Shown piece after piece: positions 1 to 9,242 of a stretch of DNA of 36,443 nt. This DNA comes from an uncultured archaeon (lineage in GTDB: Archaea; Asgardarchaeota; Lokiarchaeia; Sigyniarchaeales; SOKP01). The translations under genes and the position numbers were made by a program. The DNA lies in assembly GCA_964583985.1 (NCBI GenBank), contig CAZOYD010000034.1, forward strand, positions 1 through 36,443. The letters run 5' to 3'. The notes under the pieces were generated by a model. It saw only the letters and a list, made by a program, of their open reading frames with translations, was not told the DNA's origin and made no database searches. Numbering within the stretch: the stretch's first letter is position 1; every line of letters begins with the position of its first letter.

Positions 1-2
1 AA

Positions 3-857
3 ATCCGTAAAAATATAGAATTTATGAATAATATTGATGAAAACGACGATTTCACATTTCAGATCTTATCATCTAAGGAACAAGATAAAATTATTAAAGA
101 TTTAAAGTCTGAAAACATACCAATACATCCAGATCCTCACATTCCACGCCTTTATCATTCACAAAATAAATATAAAAAGAAAATCTTGTCAATTAACTGG
201 TATCGTGAAGGATATATCATTTTCCAAGATAAATCTTCAGCGGCAGTTGCTGATATATTATCATTAGATCAATCAGATTTTTATTGGGATACGTGTGCAG
301 CACCAGGAATAAAGAGTATTGTGATTTCAAAAGTTTCTGAAGATAATTTTAAGATGATTGGTGGGGATTTTGATATTAATCGATTGTATCAATCTAGAAC
401 TTTAATGATCAATCACCATGTTATTAATATAAATTTATGCCAGATGGATAGCATTCTACCTCCTTTTCGGTTTAAGAATTTTTTCGATAAGATCCTCATT
501 GATGCTCCATGTTCTGGAAGTGGAAGCTTTCGAAATAATCCGGAGTTAAAATGGAAACAATCAAAATATTATCTCAAGACAACGACCATTCTTCAAGAAA
601 AGTTACTTGCAACAGCAATAAATTACCTCAAACCAGATGGCATATTAGTATATGCTACATGTAGTTTATATCCAGAAGAAGGAGAGTTGCAGTTGATAAG
701 ATATGTCGATGATTTAGTTCCAATGAGTCTTCCAGATTGGTTTTCTAAAAGTTATAAGATTAACGGTAGCTATTTAAGAGGGACAGGACGATTATTTCCC
801 GCGATTCACCACTCTCAAGGATTTTTCATCGGAAAATTCAAAAAAAAAGCTGCATAA
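3..857 (+). CDS. RsmB/NOP2/Sun family RNA m5C methyltransferase, probably 5'-truncated by the window edge
   Basis: Motifs DTCAAPGIK (motif I), ILIDAPCSGSG (motif IV), LVYATCSL-PEEGE (motif VI) and GFFIGKF. The frame is open from position 3 to the ATG at 24. Confidence 0.9.
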   Translation: MRKNIEFMNNIDENDDFTFQILSSKEQDKIIKDLKSENIPIHPDPHIPRLYHSQNKYKKKILSINWYREGYIIFQDKSSAAVADILSLDQSDFYWDTCAAPGIKSIVISKVSEDNFKMIGGDFDINRLYQSRTLMINHHVININLCQMDSILPPFRFKNFFDKILIDAPCSGSGSFRNNPELKWKQSKYYLKTTTILQEKLLATAINYLKPDGILVYATCSLYPEEGELQLIRYVDDLVPMSLPDWFSKSYKINGSYLRGTGRLFPAIHHSQGFFIGKFKKKAA

Positions 858-894
858 TTTAAAATAACATCTATTAATACAAAAAAAAGATTAA

Positions 895-1707
895 ATGAAT
901 CATAATACGAAATTTTGGACTATTGGCGAGATTGATGCCACGGGGGTTCGAGGACCTCACGAAATGGAATTACGCAATATCAGTAATGCGAATTATCCTC
1001 TTTTTATCAATATCGACATGGATAGACTTAGATCTATTGTCAAAGATGAAATAGGTGGGAAAATAGAAAATTTAGGTTTTAATGAAGATTGGACTATTTC
1101 ATTGGAGATGTTTCCTCAAGTAAACATACATCTTGCGTTTACTGATTATGGTGATGAATTTGGAGATAAGGATGAAGGAGAATTTAAGTTTTACTTGTCA
1201 GGTGAACGCGTGCATTGGGTACCTGGAGAAGATAGTGCTACTTATATTGATATTATTATGGATTTTTTAGAAAGAAAAATAGAAAATAAAACTCCGTTTG
1301 AAGAAAATTATGATTCTAAGACAGAACTAATGAAAAAAGTACTTCTTCAAAGAAGTGAACCTTTCAAATTTTTAAAAGATACTGATAAACAAGCACTCTC
1401 TGAATTTCTTGGGGCAGAAGTCTGGAAAGTGCCATCTGGATGGAAAATAAAAAAAGAAACTTTCCCGAAAATTAGTATTGAGATCATTTGGGATGACAAA
1501 AAGGGATTAGACATTGGGTTTTCAGGCGAGAATTTATCAAAAAATCTAGATCGCTATCATGTGGAATTTCTTGGAATATTTTTAATTAACCACGTACTCC
1601 GTTTTATTACGATTCGAAATGAAGAGAAGGATTTACCCGATATTTGCAAAATAATGTTCTCAAGATATTTTACTAAACAAAAAAATTGGGTACATAGAAC
1701 TCGTTAA
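895..1707 (+). CDS. Hypothetical protein with two tandem DUF3786-like units
   Basis: Internal similarity W-x-I-x-x-E-x-FP-x-(V/I)-x-I-...-SGE occurs twice (WTISLEMFPQVNIHL...LSGE; WKIKKETFPKISIEI...FSGE). The GDEF motif recalls DUF3786. Confidence 0.55.
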   Translation: MNHNTKFWTIGEIDATGVRGPHEMELRNISNANYPLFINIDMDRLRSIVKDEIGGKIENLGFNEDWTISLEMFPQVNIHLAFTDYGDEFGDKDEGEFKFYLSGERVHWVPGEDSATYIDIIMDFLERKIENKTPFEENYDSKTELMKKVLLQRSEPFKFLKDTDKQALSEFLGAEVWKVPSGWKIKKETFPKISIEIIWDDKKGLDIGFSGENLSKNLDRYHVEFLGIFLINHVLRFITIRNEEKDLPDICKIMFSRYFTKQKNWVHRTR

Positions 1708-1728
1708 AAAATAGAAAGAATTATTAAA

Positions 1729-2283
1729 TTAAATAGCTGTCCAATAAATGGCACGACCTCTTTTTTCCGTGCGCTTGATGACCTTATTTGCTTCCAATTC
1801 AGTCATTAATTTCCAGATTTGAGCATTACTGAGTTTAAAATATCTCCTCAACTCAGGGGTAGACATCTCTGTATTATTTAGTAAATTGATTATTAATCGT
1901 GTTATCTCGTCAATTTCATCGTCGTTTGAATCAGAAGGATCATCTTCTTCAGTTTGATCTGTATCCATCTCGTTCATAATGCGCGATGCTATTTTATTTA
2001 GTTGTTTTATATTATTATCAACATCTTGCGGTTTCATAAAAAGACAACATAGCTCTAAGTCATTTGGGAATGCCACAATATAGAATTCATCGTATAAAAT
2101 AGCTCTTGGTTTTTTACCTGAATTACCTCCTCTGAAGGCAAGGTAAAAATTCATTGCAAAATCGTTAAGATCAATTATAGAATTTGCATTTTGATAAGCT
2201 TTTTTCCATTTTAAGAAAGGGCCGTCGATCATGTCGAATCCTATAAGAGCAGCTCCAAAGATTTCATTTTCATTAAAGTTCAA
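1729..2283 (-). CDS. Longin/uDENN-like domain + acidic linker + C-terminal winged HTH protein
   Basis: TTG start with AGGAGGCGAT RBS upstream. N-terminal hhh-FD-xx-GP motif and a beta-beta-alpha-beta-beta-beta-alpha pattern. D/E-rich linker. C-terminal wHTH (IINLL..MSTPELRRYFKLSNAQIWKLMTELEANKVIKR..GRAIYW). Confidence 0.65.
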   Translation of the reverse strand: MNFNENEIFGAALIGFDMIDGPFLKWKKAYQNANSIIDLNDFAMNFYLAFRGGNSGKKPRAILYDEFYIVAFPNDLELCCLFMKPQDVDNNIKQLNKIASRIMNEMDTDQTEEDDPSDSNDDEIDEITRLIINLLNNTEMSTPELRRYFKLSNAQIWKLMTELEANKVIKRTEKRGRAIYWTAI

Positions 2284-2818
2284 TTTCTTTAAATCGCCTC
2301 CTAATTGCAGTTTTGTTTAATTCTTTTCGGATCATATTTTCTAATCGTTCCCTTTCTCCAGGATTGATTGCTGTAAGGCCAAAAGTCTTAACATTTAGTA
2401 TTTCTTCAACCCTTTCTGGCGTCATTCTTCCATTCACTTTGTTTAAGTCTTGTTTGTTCGCAATAGCTATGATAGGGCAATCTTTTTCAACAAAATGAGT
2501 TGCGTATCCAATTAATTCTTGAGATCGTAATACGTTTTTAGGAGATGAATCCGTTATAACAAGTATTAAATCAGAACCCAACAGATGATCTCTTGAACAC
2601 TTAAAATAATGACCTTGTCCTCCAAAATCCCACACTCGTATTGTATAATTACCTATCTGAACAGTTTTTAAATCTAAACCATGAGTAGGCAGATACATTC
2701 GATCAATCGTATTTTGAGATAACAACTTCAGTATGGTCGTTTTACCTACAGCGGGATAGCCTATAATTGATAATTTCCTCAATGAGTGTATCTCTGAACT
2801 GAGCAAAAATAATACCAT
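2273..2818 (-). CDS. Small GTPase (Ras superfamily, Arf/Rab/Roc-like)
   Basis: G1 GYPAVGKT, G2 YLPTHG, G3 WDFGGQ, G4 NKQD, G5-like LTA. No C-terminal CaaX motif. Confidence 0.93.
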   Translation of the reverse strand: MVLFLLSSEIHSLRKLSIIGYPAVGKTTILKLLSQNTIDRMYLPTHGLDLKTVQIGNYTIRVWDFGGQGHYFKCSRDHLLGSDLILVITDSSPKNVLRSQELIGYATHFVEKDCPIIAIANKQDLNKVNGRMTPERVEEILNVKTFGLTAINPGERERLENMIRKELNKTAIRRRFKEIEL

Positions 2819-2864
2819 ATTGAAAAGAATTTATTAAAGGAAATAGAACGATCGATAAATATGA

Positions 2865-2894
2865 ATCTCGATAATATCGTCATATTATCAAGAT
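2865..2894. promoter_or_regulatory. Inverted repeat, candidate operator upstream of the GTPase/longin-wHTH pair
   Basis: atctcgataatat-cgtc-atattatcaagat: 13-bp arms with 1 mismatch, 47-76 bp upstream of the GTPase ATG. Confidence 0.45.
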
Positions 2895-3032
2895 ATTATT
2901 TGTTTCGAATTTTTTCATATAATAACATTGATGATTTAAAGAAGAATTAGTACTTCCTGCCAACAACAACATTATTACTAGAATTCCGCATTTTATTCCA
3001 TTAATTACCCACTTAAATTCTTCGGGATTAAT

Positions 3033-4952
3033 TTAGAACAAATTGAAAAAAGAGGGCAGATCTACATTAAAAAAGAAAATTAATAAAATTAATGAAATTA
3101 ATGCTGGTGCTATCAAACTGAGAGTTAATAATCTCTGAGAAATCCTAATGCATTCTTGAAGGGTTTTCATAATTACATCAAAATATTTAGGGTCCCCCCA
3201 AATTTTCACGTTTTCCTCAATAGAATCGTAATAATAGAATTCAACCTCTTCCAGATTGTTCTCAGCTTCTATAATCAATTTATCTAATTTATCTAAGATT
3301 TTATCAAGCTTGATCTTTTCTCCTATAGGAGAGTAACCTCTACGCGAAAATTTTCGGGCAACTATATGTGAATCCGATGTAGTCACTTCCCCACGTTCAA
3401 TTCCTCTATTTTGCAGCATGTTCAAGATATACGATCGAACTTCAAGATAGGCATTATTAGCATCAAAATGAATAAAAGCAGTTTTCTGATTTGTAGTAAC
3501 ATTTTGAAAAAGATGCACTGACAAACCTCCTGGTCCAATTCCATCTTTTTCTGTAAACTCCTTTAACAGATCTTTCGCGACACCATAATGGATAATGCTT
3601 TTATTTTTTTCAACCTCATTCTTAATACTCTTCATAAAATTTTCAGCAACATGAATTAAATCATTCGATTCAATTGAACCCATTTTAATTAAGCATTCAT
3701 CATCAATGATTGCATTATGAGAATCAATGATAATAATTTCTTTGAAACCTTCTGATTTAGCATAATTTCTGATTTGATCTCCTATTAAAGCTTGCATATC
3801 ATCTGAAGGTAATGGATGTCTAGTTAAAAAAATGATAGGAATATCATTTATATCAATCCCAATCAATTTAGCAGAGTTAGACATCTTGCGAGTAATATTT
3901 TCAATTTCATGTATCCATTTCTCACTTCCGATATTTTCAATTTTCTTCACATCTTCTTTAATTCGTAATAAAATTTTATTAACTTCTTTTTGAGATGTCA
4001 AATTCTGAGTATGATCATTTGTTGTGTGATACACGGTAATACCAGGGATATTTGAAAATTGCTCATATATTTTAGCGGGTAAATCTGAAGAGCCACAAGT
4101 CTTAAAAGGACCGAAATGGACGTGAGGAATGACAAATAATCCCTTGAGTCTCTTTGAATTAGTTGTTCTGATAAAAAGATATTGAATTTTTACGTTTGAG
4201 ATAATCCCAACATCCTCAAAAAAACTTTCAATTAACTGATCATTCCCATCTGTCATCATAGAAAGTACAAATGCTCGGATAAAAGGGTATCCCCCTATTC
4301 CAGTGAGTTCTCTATATATATTACTAACCCGAACCATACTTCTAGCATAAGGAACGGCGAAAATGAAAGCACATAAACAAAAAAAGATAGTAGCTCGAAT
4401 AAAAAATACGAATGAAAATGAAGTTGTTATTATTCCATATAGAATGATTCCAACGACGGGTTGAATTAATGCTAAAACAAAATTTCCATATTTTCCTGGA
4501 GTCGTAAATGAAAAATAGATAACATAAGCAATGATATAAACAATAACGGTACCCAACATAAAAAGTGCGTCTTGAAAAGTTGTATTTCTAAGAAAAATGA
4601 CCAAACCTTGACCAATTAATAATGAAATTCCAATAATTCCACTTAGAAACGCATTCAATTGGAGTCCCCAGCCTCTTATTTTAGGAGGACCTAAAATTGG
4701 TGATTTTTTAACATAAAAAAATATTGATAAAACTGCTCCAGAACCAGAGATCGTAAAAAAAATGGATATATTTATGAATAAATAAATAAAATTCCATATT
4801 CCCGTATAAATAGCATTTAAAATCATTGATATTATTCCTATAATCACGGGTAAGCTAAAAAAGACGGAGTATGCTAATTTTTTAGTTGAAAAGAAATCCA
4901 TGTAAGAAATTATTCCAGGAATTTCTCGACTTGGTGGTTTTTGAGAATACAT
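3033..4952 (-). CDS. DUF2070 family archaeal membrane protein
   Basis: About 6 N-terminal TM segments, then a soluble domain with PHVHFGPF..GSSDLP, DSHN, FDANN and TTSDSH motifs, and a C-terminal TM. Confidence 0.8.
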   Translation of the reverse strand: MYSQKPPSREIPGIISYMDFFSTKKLAYSVFFSLPVIIGIISMILNAIYTGIWNFIYLFINISIFFTISGSGAVLSIFFYVKKSPILGPPKIRGWGLQLNAFLSGIIGISLLIGQGLVIFLRNTTFQDALFMLGTVIVYIIAYVIYFSFTTPGKYGNFVLALIQPVVGIILYGIITTSFSFVFFIRATIFFCLCAFIFAVPYARSMVRVSNIYRELTGIGGYPFIRAFVLSMMTDGNDQLIESFFEDVGIISNVKIQYLFIRTTNSKRLKGLFVIPHVHFGPFKTCGSSDLPAKIYEQFSNIPGITVYHTTNDHTQNLTSQKEVNKILLRIKEDVKKIENIGSEKWIHEIENITRKMSNSAKLIGIDINDIPIIFLTRHPLPSDDMQALIGDQIRNYAKSEGFKEIIIIDSHNAIIDDECLIKMGSIESNDLIHVAENFMKSIKNEVEKNKSIIHYGVAKDLLKEFTEKDGIGPGGLSVHLFQNVTTNQKTAFIHFDANNAYLEVRSYILNMLQNRGIERGEVTTSDSHIVARKFSRRGYSPIGEKIKLDKILDKLDKLIIEAENNLEEVEFYYYDSIEENVKIWGDPKYFDVIMKTLQECIRISQRLLTLSLIAPALISLILLIFFFNVDLPSFFNLF

Positions 4953-5071
4953 GTTTGAGTTTCTATTTTCCTTTTAATTTGATCGTTAACTATAATATAA
5001 TTCAACTATTTCTAATGAAAGAAGCATTTCTTTCATATAAAATTTATATGGTTAGAAAAATTTAAAAGTTT

Positions 5072-6088
5072 ATGTCAGAAGATCCACTAGAGTTAAATAG
5101 AATAGCAAATAAACGTTATAGTGAATTATTGATCGAAGGGTTTCGATTATTTGGAAGGCATTTCGTAACTATTATCGTTCCAATTAGCTTTTTTTATATT
5201 CTCTCTATATTAATAAGGGTTGTACTACTTGCAAATGCCAATTGGGATTTAATATTATTGGAAGCTACTGTAGCTCCACTTGCTAGTCTAGATCCATCAA
5301 CTCTTACTGAATCGCAATTATATGCAATGCTATCTTATATTTTAGCTACTTGGGCAATAGATACATTAAATTATATCATTGGTGCTCTTTTTACGACATT
5401 AGGACTTTGTTCTGTTGCCATATATTTATATAGAAATTATTTTGGTGAAAAAATATCATTACGTGAAGCAATGAAAGGAGCATTCAATCGTAAAATACTT
5501 ATGGTACTTTTAATCTTGGGATTATTCATTCCCCTAGGAAATTTAATGCTAGTAATACCCGCAATAGTCATATTTGGATTTTATATATTCTCTATTTATA
5601 CTTATCAATTGGATAATCAAGGAGGATCAATAAAGGAAGCGAAAATGTTATCAAAAGGAGCTTTTTGGAAAATCATTGGTACTTTTCTTGTCTCTGTTTT
5701 GATAATGTCGATTGCAAACACATTATATCAAATAATTATTGATACGTTGGTTCCTGTCAGTTATTCTACATATGTATCTTGGTATAATCCCTCAAATCGA
5801 CGATTTGATATGATATTTATTTATAGTTTAATGAGTAATGCAGTATCGATCTTGTTAGAACCGCTATTTATTTGTTTGTTAACGCCCCTTTTCATTCAAT
5901 TGAAAACTCGGAGAAGATTAGGATACGGTCACCATAAAGAATATAACAATCAACGGATTTATCTACCTCCAACTCAACCTGAATATGTTGAAAAAGGAAT
6001 TTTCTGTCCTTACTGTGGACAACACATGGATTTTAAGTTAAAATATTGTCCAAGCTGTGGAGAATCAATGGAATTTTTGACAAAATGA
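5072..6088 (+). CDS. Multi-pass membrane protein with C-terminal zinc ribbon
   Basis: 5-6 hydrophobic segments; C-terminal FCPYCG...YCPSCG. Confidence 0.75.
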   Translation: MSEDPLELNRIANKRYSELLIEGFRLFGRHFVTIIVPISFFYILSILIRVVLLANANWDLILLEATVAPLASLDPSTLTESQLYAMLSYILATWAIDTLNYIIGALFTTLGLCSVAIYLYRNYFGEKISLREAMKGAFNRKILMVLLILGLFIPLGNLMLVIPAIVIFGFYIFSIYTYQLDNQGGSIKEAKMLSKGAFWKIIGTFLVSVLIMSIANTLYQIIIDTLVPVSYSTYVSWYNPSNRRFDMIFIYSLMSNAVSILLEPLFICLLTPLFIQLKTRRRLGYGHHKEYNNQRIYLPPTQPEYVEKGIFCPYCGQHMDFKLKYCPSCGESMEFLTK

Positions 6089-6101
6089 TGGAGAATTATT
6101 A

Positions 6102-6893
6102 ATGGAAATAAAAATAGATAAAAAATTTGAAATAAATGCTGAGGGATTGCACGATCCTGTAGTTTTGGTAGGATGGCCAGGAATTGCTCTTGTCGCTAAA
6201 CTTGCTATTACCTCTATTAAAGATTCTATCGACGCGGAAGAATTTATGGAGATCATGTCTTATGATTTTCCTCCAAAATCTAACGTAGAAAATGGGAAAC
6301 TAGAAATACCGAGTGCAAAAATATATTACAAACCTAAATATGAGAAAACTATGAATGATTTTTTCATTTTAACCGCAAATTATCAACCTCAAACATCTTT
6401 TGGTGTTTTTGAATTTTCTCAAAAAATATGTGAAGAATTGGACAAGATAACTAAGGGCAAAATCAAAATGTATTTGAGTACTGGGGCAATGGTATCTGAT
6501 AGAGTCAAGGATGTCCCGACTGTATATGTCTGCGGAACGGATCCAAGTCTTGTAAACACTTTTCTTGAACATGAGAATACAAAATTAATGGAAACGGGAG
6601 TTATAGCAGGAGCAAATGGTATCCTTCCAGCTTGGGCAGGGCATAATAATTTCGCTCCAGGGATATGTTTACTTGCTGAAACACTTCCATTACCAATGAT
6701 GACGATAGATCCTCGTTCATCCAAAGCGTTGGTAACTTTACTCAAAAATTACTTTAAAATTGATATGAATTTTGATGAATTAAATAAAAAGATTGAAGAA
6801 ATGGAAGACGTTGTGGATAAATATAAAAAACAAGCAGAACACTTCATGAAGGCCATTGAGGACGATAAAAGTGCCGACTCGTATTACAGATAG
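6102..6893 (+). CDS. PAC2 family proteasome assembly chaperone-like protein
   Basis: GWPGIALVAKLA N-terminal motif, YQP, G-x-I-x-G-x-x-G, CLLAET, DPRSS and a C-terminal coiled segment. Confidence 0.85.
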   Translation: MEIKIDKKFEINAEGLHDPVVLVGWPGIALVAKLAITSIKDSIDAEEFMEIMSYDFPPKSNVENGKLEIPSAKIYYKPKYEKTMNDFFILTANYQPQTSFGVFEFSQKICEELDKITKGKIKMYLSTGAMVSDRVKDVPTVYVCGTDPSLVNTFLEHENTKLMETGVIAGANGILPAWAGHNNFAPGICLLAETLPLPMMTIDPRSSKALVTLLKNYFKIDMNFDELNKKIEEMEDVVDKYKKQAEHFMKAIEDDKSADSYYR

Positions 6894-6951
6894 AATGAAA
6901 TTCTTTGCATGTTTCTATATTATGTTTGCAATTAATTAAATAGTAAATTGA

Positions 6952-7944
6952 ATGATCTTGCAAGACTCGAAGAATACGGAAGAATTAACTGATGAGAATA
7001 TAAAAAAAAAGATTTCTTCTAATTTGGAAGGAATAAACACGCAATCTAAAAATTATATTAAGGATATTGTGGATTTAATAAATAGAGAAATTGGAATCAA
7101 CAAAATTGTGTCTATCCTCTTATTTGGAAGTCAAAGAAAAGATCAAGAAAAGACACCTATTTCAGATTGTGATTTATTATTTATTTTTAAAAACAGAGTC
7201 TCTAATCAGCATATTCGAGATATTGAAAAATATTTTATCGCTTTAGAAATTAAACACGATTTTCGAGATCCACGATCTGACATTCTTCATTACATTTTAG
7301 GGGTTCTACAAAACACAACAGGAATGTTCATGAGTCATTTTCTAACTAAAGAACGTTTTTGGAAAGAACTGATTTTTTATAAGATATTCCGCGTAAATCG
7401 TGTGTTTTCGGCAATATTTGCCCCTAAGAACATAGTTCTTGGAAATGTCATTCAAAATAGTACAGTTCTATATGGAGTTGACCTCAGAGGATTCATTAAA
7501 CCGAAGATTCATACATCTATAAACGAGATGTTTAAGAGCATGGTGATGAATCTCTTTATTTCATTCTTTGCTCTTATGATTGGCCCTCCACGGGATTTAA
7601 ATGGCATGAGATATCAATTAGAAGCAATAAAATGGTCTTTAAAAGCTTCGAATTTTTATTGTTTCGGCGATACCGCGCCGATACTTCAAGTAATCGATCG
7701 ATTTGTATCGCTGGAAAAAACTAAAAACCAAGAAAAGGCTCGTAAATTCTATGAGAAATTTTTGGCTTTAAGAGAGACTCCTTTAAATGATTTTAGATTC
7801 ATGGCACGATGTCCCGTTAGAATCCTTAAAATACATGCAAAAGCTATAAATTATAGAAAAATTATTAAGCGGAAAGAAATCCGTATCCCATCAAAACCAC
7901 CTAATACTCCCTCTAGGAATTTTTATTTTCCCATACAATTTTAG
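6952..7944 (+). CDS. Pol-beta superfamily nucleotidyltransferase domain protein
   Basis: ILLFGS-x(10)-SDCDLLFIF signature followed by a helical C-terminal domain. Confidence 0.7.
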   Translation: MILQDSKNTEELTDENIKKKISSNLEGINTQSKNYIKDIVDLINREIGINKIVSILLFGSQRKDQEKTPISDCDLLFIFKNRVSNQHIRDIEKYFIALEIKHDFRDPRSDILHYILGVLQNTTGMFMSHFLTKERFWKELIFYKIFRVNRVFSAIFAPKNIVLGNVIQNSTVLYGVDLRGFIKPKIHTSINEMFKSMVMNLFISFFALMIGPPRDLNGMRYQLEAIKWSLKASNFYCFGDTAPILQVIDRFVSLEKTKNQEKARKFYEKFLALRETPLNDFRFMARCPVRILKIHAKAINYRKIIKRKEIRIPSKPPNTPSRNFYFPIQF

Positions 7945-8102
7945 ATGTATGAAATCAACTATCATTAAATTTTCTTGAAATTTTGACCGTTAATTCCGTT
8001 CATATCTTCCATACTTTAGATATTTGAATTTGATTATAAATTCCTTATAGTTAATTTCTTAAATTAATAAAAATTAGATCGAATTAGATATAATTCTAAT
8101 TA

Positions 8103-8672
8103 ATGAAATTAATCATGGCAAACGATGATTTTGATATAAAGGAGTTATTTCTTGATATTTTAGCTATTATGAAGTTCGAGCTAAAGTTCTATACTAGTAA
8201 AGAATCGCCTATGTTTGAAAGAATTGTTAAAACTAGAGTGTTCCAGCAAAAACTCCAGAAATTGAAAGATTTTATTAATACTTACTTTGAAATAATGTAC
8301 CGGGATGAAGATAGTCCGATTAATCAAGCAGCCCTTCATACACAATTAGACAATATTGCTCGAATTACCAATTACTACGATGACCTTTCTGGATTCTACA
8401 AAGATCATACCAAGACTCTTATTTCTAAAGAAAAATTGCAAGGAATCGTCGATTATAGCCATATTGAGACGCTCTTTATTATTTTTACAGGTATCCTTGA
8501 TTGGGAACATTACAAAAGTAGCTTAATCTTTCCCCACGATAAGCATAAAGAGAAATTGTTGAAAGAATTTCTAAATAAAGTTGCGAGCTCAGAAATAACG
8601 GATATTGATAGTTTAATTGATCTTGAGCAAACAATTGATAATTTCATAGAAAGCATTGAAGTGGAGCTTTAA
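8103..8672 (+). CDS. Hypothetical all-alpha protein
   Basis: 189-aa ORF with host-like composition, followed by a T-rich tract; no motif recognised. Confidence 0.65.
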   Translation: MKLIMANDDFDIKELFLDILAIMKFELKFYTSKESPMFERIVKTRVFQQKLQKLKDFINTYFEIMYRDEDSPINQAALHTQLDNIARITNYYDDLSGFYKDHTKTLISKEKLQGIVDYSHIETLFIIFTGILDWEHYKSSLIFPHDKHKEKLLKEFLNKVASSEITDIDSLIDLEQTIDNFIESIEVEL

Positions 8673-8935
8673 CATTTCTTCTTTTTTTCAATGTTTTTAG
8701 AATTCCCCTTTTTCAAGGTACTTTTTAATCATTTCACAAGCATTTTTTTCATACTTGATTGATAAGTAAACTCATCTAAATGATCAAAAAAGTTGATTTT
8801 CCCTAATGTCTTGGGAAAATAATTCAAGAATGTTTATATATTAAGAACGTCATGTCTAGTAGGAATAAAAATTTAATGAGTGAGAATTATCATTTAGTAA
8901 TTGAATTCCGATAAGGTAAATGGGTTTAGCGTATA

Positions 8936-9235
8936 ATGGACTGCGTAAGTCAGATCATAGATTTTTATAATAGGAATATGATTAGTGAGGATACTAATTC
9001 AGTAGATATGAGAAAAATATGGCTTAGTAAGTTACTTGTTAAACTGATGACTAGTTTTAATAATAATCAAACAGATGAGTTAAATCTAAAAAATTGTTTA
9101 ATCTTATTAGTAAATTTATTTTCAGATAATTATGGTCCAGATCATTATTGTAGCAGTGGAAAAGATGTAAATAATCTTCCTTCTAATGAAAAAAGTTATT
9201 TTAAAGAGATATTGACGGCTGAATTCTTAAATTAA
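8936..9235 (+). CDS. Small hypothetical protein
   Basis: 99-aa ORF filling the gap up to the convergent MFS gene; TTTATATA box at 8833-8840. Confidence 0.55.
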   Translation: MDCVSQIIDFYNRNMISEDTNSVDMRKIWLSKLLVKLMTSFNNNQTDELNLKNCLILLVNLFSDNYGPDHYCSSGKDVNNLPSNEKSYFKEILTAEFLN

Positions 9236-9242
9236 CTTATTA

